Shown: positions 9,897 to 20,210, counted from the first letter of the stretch. The stretch is DNA of 64,000 nucleotides from Acidobacteriota bacterium (GCA_965209055.1 OZ242374.1:4128001-4192000); one strand, 5' to 3'. The notes: generated by a model not told the origin, from the letters alone. Numbers and translations: made by a program.

Positions 9897-12338
9897 ATGT
9901 TTGAGAAGTACACGGAAAAGGCGAGGCGGGTCATCTTCTTTGCCCGCTATGAAGCCAGCCAGCTCGGTTCACGGTCCATCGAAACGGAACATATCCTGCT
10001 GGGCCTGCTCCGGGAGGACAAGGGGCTCACCAGCCGCTTCTTCCGCAGGAGCGAAGCCACGCTGGAGGCGATTCGCAAGGAAATCGAGGGCCGTTCGGGG
10101 GTCCGGGAGAAGGTTTCGACTTCGGTGGAACTCCCTCTCAGCGACGAATCGAAGCGGGTCCTCACATTTGCCGCCGAAGAAGCGGAACGCCTTCTTTGCA
10201 GCTATATCGGGACCGAACACATTCTGCTGGGCCTGCTCCGGGAAGAGAAGTCGGCGGCCTCCGCGATCCTGAGCGAAAAAGGGCTGCACCTGGCGCGGGT
10301 TCGGGATGAGCTCTCCGGAAATCCGGGGCGTCCGACCCCGCACAAGGTGAAGGAGTCGCTGATCCTGACCGAGTTCAGCCGGGATCTGACCGAAGCGGCG
10401 ACTCGCGGCGAATTGGACCCCCTCATCGGCCGCGAGGCCGAGATCGAGCGGGTCACCCAAATTCTCTGCCGCCGGACCAAAAACAATCCGGCTCTGATCG
10501 GTGAGCCGGGAGTGGGCAAGACGGCGATCGTCGAGGGCCTGGCCCAGAGAATCGTCAACGGCGACGCTCCCGCCATGCTTCTGGACAAACGAATTCTGGC
10601 TCTGGACATTTCCTTGATCGTGGCCGGCACCAAGTACCGGGGGCAGTTCGAGGAGCGGTTGAAGTCCATCATGAAGGAGATCATCGAGAACCCCCAGTTC
10701 GTGATCTTCGTCGACGAATTGCACACACTGGTGGGCGCCGGGTCGGCGGAGGGCTCCCTGGACGCGGCCAACATCCTGAAACCGGCCCTGTCGCGTGGGG
10801 ATCTCCAGTGCGTGGGGGCGACGACGCCTTACGAATACCGCCGATTCATCGAGAAGGACCGGGCGCTGGAACGTCGTTTCCAGTCCGTAAAAGTGGCGGC
10901 GACGAGCGAAGAAGAGACGATCCGCATCATCCACGGCATCAAGGAACGTTACGAGAGTTTCCACCGGGTCGAGTACGACGACGATTCCATCAAGGCTGCG
11001 GTCAGCCATTCCAATCGCTACATTCCCGATCGGTTTCTGCCGGACAAGGCCATCGACGTCCTGGATGAGGCTGGAGCCCGGGTGAAGCTCAACTACACCT
11101 CCTTTCCGGACGAGGTGACGGTTCTCCAACAGAAGATCCGGGTGACCGTCCGCGAAGTGGACGACGCCATATCCGCCAAGGAATTCGACCGGGCGGCCCA
11201 GCTCAAGGACCGCGAGGTGGTGGAACGCGAGAACCTGAAGATCGTCAAGGATCGCTGGAAGCTCAAGAATCGCGTCACCCCGATTGTGGGTCGAAAACAT
11301 ATCGAAGAGGTCATCTCCCGTTGGACCGGAATTCCGGTGAGCGCCTTGCGCGAGGAGGAGACGCAGAAGCTGCTGCGCATGGAGACGGACCTGCACCGCC
11401 GCGTGATCAGCCAGGACACGGCGGTTTCGGCGCTCGCCCGCGCCATTCGCCGGAGCCGGGCCGGGATGAAGCATCCCAACCGGCCCGTCGGATCGTTCCT
11501 GTTTCTGGGGCCCACGGGAGTGGGCAAGACCGAGTTGGCCAAATCGTTAGCCGAGTTCCTCTTCGGAAGCGAGAAGTCCCTGATCCGTTTCGACATGTCC
11601 GAGTACATGGAGAAGCATTCGGTCTCCAAGCTCATCGGATCGCCGCCCGGATACGTGGGACACGAAGAGGGTGGCCAGTTGACGGAACGGGTCCGGCGCA
11701 ATCCTTACTGCGTGGTCCTTCTCGATGAAGTCGAAAAGGCCCACTTCGACATCTTCAACTTGTTGCTTCAGGTTTTCGAGGACGGCCAGTTGACCGACTC
11801 CCACGGGAACACGGTCGACTTCAAGAACAGCATCATCATCATGACCTCCAACATCGGAGCCCGGTACCTGATGAACAAACCCCAGATGGGGTTCGCCAGC
11901 GGGACGGACCAGGGAACGGAGAGGGTGGAAGAGGTCATCATGGAAGAGGTGAAGCGGGTCTTCAATCCCGAGTTCCTGAATCGGGTGGACGACCTCATCC
12001 TGTTCGATTCCCTCACCGAAGAGGATCTGGGCAAGATCGTCGACCTGCTCATGGAAAAGGGCAATGAGAACCTCTCCCAGAAGCAGATCCGAATATCATT
12101 GGGCAAGAGCGCAAAGAGGTGGATCATAGACAAGACTTGCCGGGACCGTTCCTATGGCGCCCGTCCCCTGAGGCGAGCCATCCAGAAATATATTGAAGAT
12201 CCGGTCTCGGAGTTGATTATTCAGGGGAAATTGAAAGAAAAGGAAACTCTCTCCATCTTTATCAAGGGTGGAGCATTGTACTATCGGGCCAAGGGATCCA
12301 AGAGTGCAGGCGTTCCCCTGTCATTCGGGATCGCGTAA
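9897..12338 (+). CDS. clpC: ATP-dependent Clp protease ATP-binding subunit ClpC
   Basis: Clp N repeats, two AAA modules (GEPGVGKT, GPTGVGKT), UVR-like middle segment and 'YGARPLRR'. Confidence 0.93.
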   Translation: MFEKYTEKARRVIFFARYEASQLGSRSIETEHILLGLLREDKGLTSRFFRRSEATLEAIRKEIEGRSGVREKVSTSVELPLSDESKRVLTFAAEEAERLLCSYIGTEHILLGLLREEKSAASAILSEKGLHLARVRDELSGNPGRPTPHKVKESLILTEFSRDLTEAATRGELDPLIGREAEIERVTQILCRRTKNNPALIGEPGVGKTAIVEGLAQRIVNGDAPAMLLDKRILALDISLIVAGTKYRGQFEERLKSIMKEIIENPQFVIFVDELHTLVGAGSAEGSLDAANILKPALSRGDLQCVGATTPYEYRRFIEKDRALERRFQSVKVAATSEEETIRIIHGIKERYESFHRVEYDDDSIKAAVSHSNRYIPDRFLPDKAIDVLDEAGARVKLNYTSFPDEVTVLQQKIRVTVREVDDAISAKEFDRAAQLKDREVVERENLKIVKDRWKLKNRVTPIVGRKHIEEVISRWTGIPVSALREEETQKLLRMETDLHRRVISQDTAVSALARAIRRSRAGMKHPNRPVGSFLFLGPTGVGKTELAKSLAEFLFGSEKSLIRFDMSEYMEKHSVSKLIGSPPGYVGHEEGGQLTERVRRNPYCVVLLDEVEKAHFDIFNLLLQVFEDGQLTDSHGNTVDFKNSIIIMTSNIGARYLMNKPQMGFASGTDQGTERVEEVIMEEVKRVFNPEFLNRVDDLILFDSLTEEDLGKIVDLLMEKGNENLSQKQIRISLGKSAKRWIIDKTCRDRSYGARPLRRAIQKYIEDPVSELIIQGKLKEKETLSIFIKGGALYYRAKGSKSAGVPLSFGIA

Positions 12339-12346
12339 CGGTCCGG

Positions 12347-12489
12347 GGTGTAAGTCCCGCGGAGGACCTGAAGCGGCGAGCGGTTCGCCGGGCAAGACGT
12401 GACGAGGAAGCATACGGGGAGTATGTGACCGAGGAGCAGCATCTTCCGCCGGGAGGCGACTCTGGTCAGATGTCACGGAGACTTATACC
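12347..12489. repeat. ~143 bp non-coding element with imperfect terminal inverted repeats (MITE-like or structured RNA)
   Basis: GGTGTAAGTCCCGCGG...CACGGAGACTTATACC ends; inner GCATAC/GTATGT hairpin; lies between clpC and bamA. Confidence 0.45.
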
Positions 12490-12588
12490 GCGGGCTGCCG
12501 AGCCGCCGGTCTCCCAATCCAGGTCAGAGGTCGGGATGCTTCGTCGAGCGAAAATTGTTCTGGCGAGGGGCATCTGGATAGAATCTTG

Positions 12589-15234
12589 ATGATGGGCCAA
12601 ACGTTTCGTGCCGCTCACAGACCGAACACCGCCCGGATCTACCGGAGCGTGCTGCTGGTTCTGGCGCTTTGCTTGGGAAGCTCCGAGCTTCTCGATGCCC
12701 AAGCCCGCCAGTCGGCCGGGCGCCTGGAGGAAGTGCGCATCCTCGGGAACCGGCGCATCAGCGAAGACACCATTCGTTTCTACATCCAGAGCCGGCAGGG
12801 GGACGTCTACAACGAAGGCCAGATCCTCCGCGATTACCGGAGTCTCCTCAACACCAACTTCTTCGTCGATGCCAAGGTGAAGAAGATGGAGGGAGAGACG
12901 GGAACCATCGTCCTGTTCGAGGTCAAGGAACGTCCCCTCATTCGGACCATCGAATACGAGGGCATGAAGTCCTTCAAGGAATCGGACGTGCTGGAGCAGT
13001 TCCGGGAACTCAAGGTCGGAATGACCGTCGACAACCCCTTCGACGGCGCCAAGCTGCCCAAGGCGCGGCGGGCCCTGCGGACCTTGCTGGACACCAACGG
13101 GCGCCCGCTGGGCCGAGTCGAGGTCACCGTCGAACCGATCACCTCCTCCGCCGTCAAGGTGGTCTTCAACATCGACGAAGGCCCCAAAGTGCGTATCGGC
13201 AAGATTCAGTTCGAGGGCAACACCGTCTTTTCCGACAAGGAATTGCGGGGAGGCCTGGAGCTGACCAAGGAGCGGGGGCCCATCACCCTCTTCAAGGGTC
13301 TCGACAAGTACATCAAGGAGAAGGTGGAGCACGATCTCCACGTCAACATGATGGACAAGTACCGGGAGCGGGGGTATATGGAGGCCCGGCTCGGCGAGCC
13401 CAAGGTGGAGATCGTGGAGGCGGGCAGAGGCATTCTGTTCGGTTTTCGCAAGACCAAGCAGCAGTACTTCATCACCGTGCCCATCGACGAGGGGCCTCAG
13501 TTCCGGTTCGGGGACTTCAAGCTGGAGGGCATCAAGAACTTCGACTCCGAAGTCCTGACTCGCGCCTACAATATTGAGAAGGGCGAAATCTTCAACTGGG
13601 TCCAACTGCAAAAGGCGAATGAGGACCTGAAGAAGCTCTACGCCCGGTACGGCTACCTGGACATGGAGGCGATTCCCGAGATCGACAAGGGCGAAAACGA
13701 AAATGTCATGAACGTCGCGATCCGCGTCGAGGAGGGGAAGCAGTACCTGGTGAAGCGGATCAACTTCCTGGGAAATACCAAGACCCGGGACAAGGTCCTC
13801 CGGCGGGAGTTTCTGCTGGAGGAGCAGCGTCAGTTCAATGGCGACCTGTTGGATATCTCCGTCATTCGTCTCAATCAGTTGGGGTTCTTCGACAAGATCG
13901 AGGAGGAGGATTACGAGGTCGTCAAGCGTCCGGATCTGGCCGAGGTGGACGTCCTGGTCACGGTCAAGGAGCAGAGTCAGCAGTCCATCGGCCTGACCGG
14001 GGGCGTGAGCGGAATCAGCGGCAAGTTCATCGGGATCAGTTATTCGACCAACAACTTTCGGGGATTGGGCCAACAGATCTACGTCCAGGCGGTCACCGGC
14101 ACTCGAACCCAGCAATACAATTTCTCCTTCCAGGAACCCTATTTTCTGGACACGCGCCTGTCCCTCGGGTTCTCCGTCTTCAGCCAGCGATTCCGTTACG
14201 ACACCTTCACGGCTTTCTGGGGCCTGCTTCTGCCGGAGAACAACGTCAACCTGTTTACCCGAAGCAGCACCGGCTTCAGCGTGCAGACCGCCTATCCTCT
14301 CTGGCGGTGGGTGCGGGTGGGACTGTCGTACCAGCTCCAGAGAATCAGCATCACCGACGTAGCGGAAAACTTCAGCGACTTTGCCTTGAGCCAGTTGACC
14401 GGATTCACTCCCGGAGGCAGCCGGGAAGATGCGCAAGAGGGCATCATCCGGAGCGAGGTCACGCCCAGTTGGACGTACAACAGCAAGAACGCATTTTTCG
14501 GCGCCACCCGGGGAACCATGTTGCGACTCTCGGTTCCGTTCGCCGGCGGTCCCTTGGGAGGGACCTACAACGTCATCTCTCCCATACTCGAGTATCAGAA
14601 ATTCATGGAAGACCGCTGGTTGAGCGGGGGCCGCAACAGTCTGGGTTTCCGGGCTCAGCTCCTGCACCTGTATCCGTATGGAGAGTTGCCTAATGGCGGC
14701 CCCATGACGGTGCCCTTTTTCGAACGGATCTACCGGGGCGGAGAGTTCGACTTCCGTGGTTTCGACCTGAGATCGGTGACCCCGTGGGCCAAGACACGTT
14801 CGCCTCTGAGGGACGAATCGGGGAATCCCATCATCGACAAACGGACGGGACTTCCGGCGCTGAGCGAGAATCTGGTTCCGGCCGGCGGCGACACCTCATT
14901 GCTGCTGACGGGCGAGTATCGAATACCCGTGGCCGGCCCCATCCATTTGGCGGCATTCGCGGATTTCGGAATCAACACGGTGCTGAACAGGAACAAGCTG
15001 GTACTCTTCGGGCCGAATACGGCCATTGACCTGTTGGAGAACACCAACAACGTCTGGCGGCTGTCGACGGGAATGGAGTTTCAGTTCGTCATGCCCATGC
15101 TCAACCAGCCGTTTCGTCTCATATTCGCCTACAATCCTCTGGTCATGGATACCACGGTTACGGTGAACGGCATCCGCTATCCGATGCAGGAACGTCGCAG
15201 GAACATTCGATTTACGGTAGGATATACCTTCTAG
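12589..15234 (+). CDS. bamA: Outer membrane protein assembly factor BamA
   Basis: POTRA-like repeats ('GNTKTRDKVLRRE'), 'FRGF' loop motif, C-terminal Phe; upstream of skp/lpxD. Confidence 0.93.
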   Translation: MMGQTFRAAHRPNTARIYRSVLLVLALCLGSSELLDAQARQSAGRLEEVRILGNRRISEDTIRFYIQSRQGDVYNEGQILRDYRSLLNTNFFVDAKVKKMEGETGTIVLFEVKERPLIRTIEYEGMKSFKESDVLEQFRELKVGMTVDNPFDGAKLPKARRALRTLLDTNGRPLGRVEVTVEPITSSAVKVVFNIDEGPKVRIGKIQFEGNTVFSDKELRGGLELTKERGPITLFKGLDKYIKEKVEHDLHVNMMDKYRERGYMEARLGEPKVEIVEAGRGILFGFRKTKQQYFITVPIDEGPQFRFGDFKLEGIKNFDSEVLTRAYNIEKGEIFNWVQLQKANEDLKKLYARYGYLDMEAIPEIDKGENENVMNVAIRVEEGKQYLVKRINFLGNTKTRDKVLRREFLLEEQRQFNGDLLDISVIRLNQLGFFDKIEEEDYEVVKRPDLAEVDVLVTVKEQSQQSIGLTGGVSGISGKFIGISYSTNNFRGLGQQIYVQAVTGTRTQQYNFSFQEPYFLDTRLSLGFSVFSQRFRYDTFTAFWGLLLPENNVNLFTRSSTGFSVQTAYPLWRWVRVGLSYQLQRISITDVAENFSDFALSQLTGFTPGGSREDAQEGIIRSEVTPSWTYNSKNAFFGATRGTMLRLSVPFAGGPLGGTYNVISPILEYQKFMEDRWLSGGRNSLGFRAQLLHLYPYGELPNGGPMTVPFFERIYRGGEFDFRGFDLRSVTPWAKTRSPLRDESGNPIIDKRTGLPALSENLVPAGGDTSLLLTGEYRIPVAGPIHLAAFADFGINTVLNRNKLVLFGPNTAIDLLENTNNVWRLSTGMEFQFVMPMLNQPFRLIFAYNPLVMDTTVTVNGIRYPMQERRRNIRFTVGYTF

Positions 15235-15254
15235 CAAGGAAATTGGGGGGGATC

Positions 15255-15836
15255 ATGTTCACGAGATCTCGGATAATTTTTGTCTTGGTTGCCGGCCTTG
15301 CGGGTCTGATGGCTGCAGCACCCTGGAGCATGTCGCAGGGTCTGGCCGGAAGCGGGCTCAAGGTTGGATTCGTCAATTCGGTCGAGGTCCTGCAAGGGAC
15401 CGACGAGGGCCGGCAAAAGATGGGCGAGTTTCAGCAGTGGGCCGAGGCAAGACAGCAGGAACTGCAGCAGGACAAGACCGAATTGGACCGGTTGCGCGAA
15501 CAGTTTGCCGCCCAGGAACGGACGCTCAATCCGGATACTCGAACCGAAATGATGAGGACCATCGAAGATCGGGACCGGAGGCTGCGCCGGAAGCAGGAAG
15601 ACAGCCAGTTGGAGTCCGAGGCCAGGAATCGTCAGTTGCTGGAACAGATCGGAACCAAGATACAGACCATCATTAACGAGTATGCCCAGCAGAATGGTTA
15701 CTCGGTCATCTTCTTGCGCAACGAGTCCCAAAGTTACGTGGATCCCTCCTTGGACATCACCAAGGAACTCGTCTCCATCTACAATCAGCGTCACCCGGGG
15801 CCTTCCTCCGCTTCGTCCGCTCCGGCCCAGCCCTAG
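15255..15836 (+). CDS. skp: Periplasmic chaperone Skp/OmpH
   Basis: Signal peptide, 'KVGFVN', long coiled coil and 'DITKEL'; position after bamA. Confidence 0.88.
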   Translation: MFTRSRIIFVLVAGLAGLMAAAPWSMSQGLAGSGLKVGFVNSVEVLQGTDEGRQKMGEFQQWAEARQQELQQDKTELDRLREQFAAQERTLNPDTRTEMMRTIEDRDRRLRRKQEDSQLESEARNRQLLEQIGTKIQTIINEYAQQNGYSVIFLRNESQSYVDPSLDITKELVSIYNQRHPGPSSASSAPAQP

Positions 15837-15908
15837 CGCGAACTTCTCGCCAGGTCGCTGAGCGTTTCGGGCCGTCGCTGGGGCGTGCCTGCCCGGAAGG
15901 GAACGACG

Positions 15909-16916
15909 GTGGTCTATCCTCTGCGCCGACTCGCGAAATACGTGGGTGGAGAGGTCGCAGGAGATCCGGACACACCCATCAGGCGCTTGAGACCCTTTGA
16001 GACTGCTGGTCCGGGGGATCTGACTCTTGCGGTCCGCAAGCGATACGAGGAGCGGATTCCCGAGTCCGGCGCGTCGGCCGTCATCGTTTCCAGGACGGTG
16101 CCGTTTCACAACCGTCCCTTGCTCCGCGTCGACAACCCGAAGCTGGCCTTCGCACGGCTCCTGCAATTCATCCACCAGGCGCCCTTTGTGGCCACCGGCG
16201 TATCGCCTGGCGCTACCGTGGGCCGGGACTGCTCCATCCCCGAAAGGGTGTCCATTTATCCCCATGTCTACGTCGGCGACGGCGTCACTCTGGGCGAAGA
16301 GGTGACCCTCCATGCCGGGGTTCATGTCGGGAACGGCTGCTCCATCGGTCCAGCCAGTGTGCTGCATCCGAATGTGACCATCTACGATGGCATTCGCATC
16401 GGCGCGCGCGTGATCCTGCACAGCGGAACCGTGATCGGAGCCGATGGGTTCGGCTATGTTTTCGACGGGACACGTCAGGTCAAGATTCCCCAACGGGGAA
16501 CGGTCGTGATCGAGGACGACGTGGAGATCGGCGCCAACAGTTGCGTGGATCGGGCCACCTTCGGCCGGACCACGATTTGCCGAGGCGTCAAGTTGGACGA
16601 TCACGTCCACATCGGGCACAACTGCACCATCGGCGAGAACACGGTCATCGTCGGCCAGGTGGGTGTATCAGGCAGTGTCACGATCGGCCGCAACTGCGTT
16701 CTGGCGGGACACTCGGGTGTCGTCGATCATGTGCGAATCGGCGACGGTGTCAAGGTCCTGGCCAAGACGGCAGTGACCAAGGACATCCCGGACGGGATGA
16801 CCGTGTCCGGCCAGCCGGCCAGAGACCACCGCACGACGGTGAAGATTCAGGCCCTGACCCGGCGCCTCCCTCAACTCATGGCGGAATGGCGGGCCTGGAA
16901 GAAGAGACGGCCGTGA
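15909..16916 (+). CDS. lpxD: UDP-3-O-acyl-glucosamine N-acyltransferase
   Basis: Hexapeptide repeats, 'IGADGFGY', 'VEIGANSCVDR' and 'VHIGHN'; start approximate (15885-15909). Confidence 0.93.
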   Translation: MVYPLRRLAKYVGGEVAGDPDTPIRRLRPFETAGPGDLTLAVRKRYEERIPESGASAVIVSRTVPFHNRPLLRVDNPKLAFARLLQFIHQAPFVATGVSPGATVGRDCSIPERVSIYPHVYVGDGVTLGEEVTLHAGVHVGNGCSIGPASVLHPNVTIYDGIRIGARVILHSGTVIGADGFGYVFDGTRQVKIPQRGTVVIEDDVEIGANSCVDRATFGRTTICRGVKLDDHVHIGHNCTIGENTVIVGQVGVSGSVTIGRNCVLAGHSGVVDHVRIGDGVKVLAKTAVTKDIPDGMTVSGQPARDHRTTVKIQALTRRLPQLMAEWRAWKKRRP

Positions 16917-16918
16917 AG

Positions 16919-16946
16919 GTCGCACCTTGAAAGTCGCACCTTGAAA
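16919..16946 (+). repeat. Perfect 14-bp tandem duplication (GTCGCACCTTGAAA x2)
   Basis: Read directly between lpxD and fabZ. Confidence 0.85.
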
Positions 16947-17001
16947 CCCCTTTCCGGTGGTGGGTAGGATACTCCTCTTGAAGGAAGGGCGGGAACCCGG
17001 C

Positions 17002-17451
17002 ATGTTCGACATTCAGGAGATCATGGATCTCCTCCCTCATCGCTATCCCATGCTCCTGGTGGACCGGATCGTCGAATTCCACGAGGGCGAACGGATCGTG
17101 GCCATCAAGAACGTCACCTTCAATGAGCCGTTCTTTCAGGGCCATTTTTCCGGAGCGCCCATCATGCCGGGAGTTCTGATCATCGAATCCATGGCGCAAG
17201 CCGGCGGCTTTCTGGTGTTCAAATCCCTTCCGAACCGGGAAACAAAGCTGGTTTTTCTCATGGGTATCGAGAAAGCCCGGTTTCGCCGCCCGGTCAGGCC
17301 GGGAGATCAGCTCAGGCTTGAAATGGTGGTCGTCCGGGTCAGGGGCCGGGCAGGCAAGCTGCGGGGCCAAGCTTTTGTCGGAGACCAGCGTGCGGCGGAG
17401 GCGGAGATCCTGTTCTCTCTGGTGGACCGTGCCTCGGTCGTTTCCGGCTGA
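17002..17451 (+). CDS. fabZ: 3-hydroxyacyl-ACP dehydratase
   Basis: 'LPHRYPMLLVDR', 'FFQGHF' and 'PIMPGVLIIESMAQ'. Confidence 0.96.
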   Translation: MFDIQEIMDLLPHRYPMLLVDRIVEFHEGERIVAIKNVTFNEPFFQGHFSGAPIMPGVLIIESMAQAGGFLVFKSLPNRETKLVFLMGIEKARFRRPVRPGDQLRLEMVVVRVRGRAGKLRGQAFVGDQRAAEAEILFSLVDRASVVSG

Positions 17452-17461
17452 GGTCGACGCC

Positions 17462-18259
17462 ATGCCCGCCGCCGATAGCGCTCAGATTCATCCCACGGCA
17501 GAGGTGTCCTCCGGCGCAAAACTGGGGCATGGAGTGACCGTCGGTCCCTTTGCCGTCGTCGGGAACGGCGTCGTGATCGGTGAGGAGACCTCGGTCGGTC
17601 CTCACACCGTCCTGAAGGGCCCCACCCGCTTGGGCAAGCGGAACCGAATCGTGGGGCAATCGGCCATCGGGACCGATCCCCAGGATCTGAAGTACGGAGG
17701 AGAGAAGACCTCGCTGCAGGTGGGTGACGACAACATCATCCGCGAGTTCGTCACCATTAACCGGGGTACCGCTCAGGGTGGAGGCAAGACCACCATCGGG
17801 AGTCGCAACCTGTTCATGACGGGAGTGCATGTGGCGCACGATTGCCACCTGGGGCACGACGGCATTTTCGCGAACGCGGCGACGTTGGCGGGTCACGTGG
17901 AGATCGATAACGGGGCAACGGTCGGTGCGTTCACCGGTGTGCACCAGTTCTGCCGGGTGGGACGGCACGCCTTCATCGGCGGCTACTCCGTGATCACCCG
18001 GGACGCGCCGCCTTTCATCAAGGTCGTGGGACATCGCAGTCAGGCCCGGACCTACGGGATCAACGGTATCGGTCTCTCCCGCAAGGGATTCTCGGAAGAA
18101 CGGATTCTTTCCCTGAGAAGAGCCTACCGGTGGATCTTCCGAAAGGGTCTCACCCTGCCCGACGCTCGCGAAGGTATCCGGCAGGAAGAGTTGGCAACGC
18201 CCGACGTCGAAACGCTGCTGCAATTCCTGGAGGCCTCGACGCGGGGTTTTGTGCGTTAG
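17462..18259 (+). CDS. lpxA: Acyl-ACP--UDP-GlcNAc O-acyltransferase
   Basis: 'PQDLKY', 'IREFVTINRGT', 'HVAHDC' and 'LAGHV'. Confidence 0.95.
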   Translation: MPAADSAQIHPTAEVSSGAKLGHGVTVGPFAVVGNGVVIGEETSVGPHTVLKGPTRLGKRNRIVGQSAIGTDPQDLKYGGEKTSLQVGDDNIIREFVTINRGTAQGGGKTTIGSRNLFMTGVHVAHDCHLGHDGIFANAATLAGHVEIDNGATVGAFTGVHQFCRVGRHAFIGGYSVITRDAPPFIKVVGHRSQARTYGINGIGLSRKGFSEERILSLRRAYRWIFRKGLTLPDAREGIRQEELATPDVETLLQFLEASTRGFVR

Positions 18260-18365
18260 CCGCCCCTGTCCGGGTGCTCCGGAAGCCCGTGTGGGCCGGG
18301 TTTGGCGAAACCCGCTCGGTTTTTCTTCGAGCGCTCCTCGGGAACGGGGAGGGGAATCGGTGGAA

Positions 18366-19217
18366 ATGAAAAATCTCGGAATGATCGCCGGCAACGGACG
18401 GTTCCCGTTCCTGGTGCTGAATGAAGCCCGGAATCGGCGGTTGCCGGTGGTTGTGGCAGCCATTCGGGAAGAAGCGGATCCCCGGTTGGAGAAGATAACG
18501 AGCCGGCTCTCCAGTGGATCGTCGTTTCACTGGATCGGATTGGGCCAGTTGGGGAAGCTGGTTCGCGTGTTCAAGAGCGAGGGCATACGGCACGCGGTCA
18601 TGGCCGGCCAGGTAAAACATGTCCGGATATTCGCATCCGGCGTTCGGACTCCGGCGGGAATTCTGTCCGCGTTGCCCGACGGCAGGATGTTGCGCATGCT
18701 GGCCTCCCTGCGGCGGCGCAATACGCGGTCGTTGATCGAGGGCGTCATCGGAGTCCTGAGGGACGAGGGAATCGAGGTCCTGGACTCGACCTGGCTGCTT
18801 GCCGGCCTCATCCCGGACCCGGGGGTGCTCACTCGCCGCAAGCCCAACGACCGGGAAAAACGGGACATGGAATACGGCCGGGAGGTGGCCAGGGAGTTGT
18901 CCAGGCTCGACCTGGGTCAGACCGTGGTCGTCAAGGATCAGGCCGTCGTGGCAGTGGAGGCCATGGAAGGGACGGATGCGACCATTCGGAGAGCGGCTGA
19001 ATTGGTTGCAGGGAGCCGTCTCACGGTGGTGAAGGCCGGGCGTGCCCGCAATGAAATGAGATTCGACGTTCCGGTCGTCGGGTCGGAGACACTGAAGGTG
19101 TTGAAAGAGTGCCGCGTCTCCGCCCTCTCCATCGATTCCGGACGGACTCTGATCCTGGACCGCGACCAGTTCGTCCGGGGCGCCGACGAGTCGAGAATAG
19201 CGGTGGTCTGCCAATGA
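18366..19217 (+). CDS. lpxI: UDP-2,3-diacylglucosamine diphosphatase LpxI
   Basis: 'GMIAGNGRFP', 'DLGQTVVV', 'AVEAMEGTD' and 'RFDVPVVG'. Confidence 0.9.
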   Translation: MKNLGMIAGNGRFPFLVLNEARNRRLPVVVAAIREEADPRLEKITSRLSSGSSFHWIGLGQLGKLVRVFKSEGIRHAVMAGQVKHVRIFASGVRTPAGILSALPDGRMLRMLASLRRRNTRSLIEGVIGVLRDEGIEVLDSTWLLAGLIPDPGVLTRRKPNDREKRDMEYGREVARELSRLDLGQTVVVKDQAVVAVEAMEGTDATIRRAAELVAGSRLTVVKAGRARNEMRFDVPVVGSETLKVLKECRVSALSIDSGRTLILDRDQFVRGADESRIAVVCQ

Positions 19218-20200
19218 GCGCCCAAGACCGGATCCGGGTCGGAGTCGTCGGCGTTGGGGTTTTGGGGAGTCACCATACCCGTATCTACAGCAGCCTCCCC
19301 CAAGTGAAGCTCGTGGGAGTCGCGGACCCGATTCCGGAGAGGCGGCGGGAGCTGGCTTCCCGGTACGACTGCCGATCCTGGCCCGACCACGATCCCCTGT
19401 TGGATCGGGTCGACGCCGTCAGCGTGGCCGTTCCCACCTCGCTGCATGCCGAGGTCGCCCTTCCGTTCCTGAAACGGGGAATCCACGTCCTGGTGGAGAA
19501 ACCCATCGCCGAAGACGTGGAATCCGCAACGCGCATGGTGGACGAGGCCCGCGGGGCCGTTCTCCACGTGGGTCATTCCGAGCGCTTCAATCCCGCGGTG
19601 CTGGCAATTCGGCCCTTCATCAAGACTCCCCGGTTTTTCGAGGTCCACCGGCTCAGCGTGCTGACGCCTCGCAGTCTGGATGTGGACGTGGTGTTGGACC
19701 TGATGATTCACGATCTGGATCTCATCACGCAGATGGTGCGGAGTCCGATCCGGGAGATTCGCGCGGTCGGGATTCCGGTGCTCACCCCACGGATCGACAT
19801 CGCCAACGCCCGTCTTGAATTCGAGGACGGATGCGTCGCCAATCTCACCTCGAGCCGGGTCTCGAAACAGAAGATGAGAAAGTTGAGGTTCTTCCAGGCG
19901 GACGACTACATCTCCCTCGACCTGGACCGCCAGGTGGCGGAAGTCTCGAGCATGGTGGAGGTGCACGGGTCCAAGCAAATCGTCAACCGGTCTCCTCAGG
20001 TGACGCAAGAAGAACCATTGAAGATGGAGATTACCGCGTTCCTGGAAGAGATCGCGGGCCGGCACGGCCAGGGGCGGGAAATCCGGCGTGGGTGCAGCGG
20101 CGGGGAGGGCGTCCGGGTCTTGGATCTGGCTCTGGAGATTCTGGATCGGATGACCGTGGCCGGCCGGCACGGGTCGTCCATCTCCGGAAGAAACAGGTGA
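19214..20200 (+). CDS. Gfo/Idh/MocA oxidoreductase (GnnA-like by context)
   Basis: 'GVGVLGSHH', 'VEKPIA', 'GHSERFNPA' and 'DLMIHDLD'; coupled to lpxI. Confidence 0.85.
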   Translation: MSAQDRIRVGVVGVGVLGSHHTRIYSSLPQVKLVGVADPIPERRRELASRYDCRSWPDHDPLLDRVDAVSVAVPTSLHAEVALPFLKRGIHVLVEKPIAEDVESATRMVDEARGAVLHVGHSERFNPAVLAIRPFIKTPRFFEVHRLSVLTPRSLDVDVVLDLMIHDLDLITQMVRSPIREIRAVGIPVLTPRIDIANARLEFEDGCVANLTSSRVSKQKMRKLRFFQADDYISLDLDRQVAEVSSMVEVHGSKQIVNRSPQVTQEEPLKMEITAFLEEIAGRHGQGREIRRGCSGGEGVRVLDLALEILDRMTVAGRHGSSISGRNR

Positions 20201-20210
20201 CCTCCGTCGA

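Noticed and set aside
12466-14667. Long antisense ORFs opposite bamA (likewise lysS, clpC, gatB and the FG-GAP gene)
   Set aside because: Expected shadow ORFs from high-GC codon bias; no recognisable motifs
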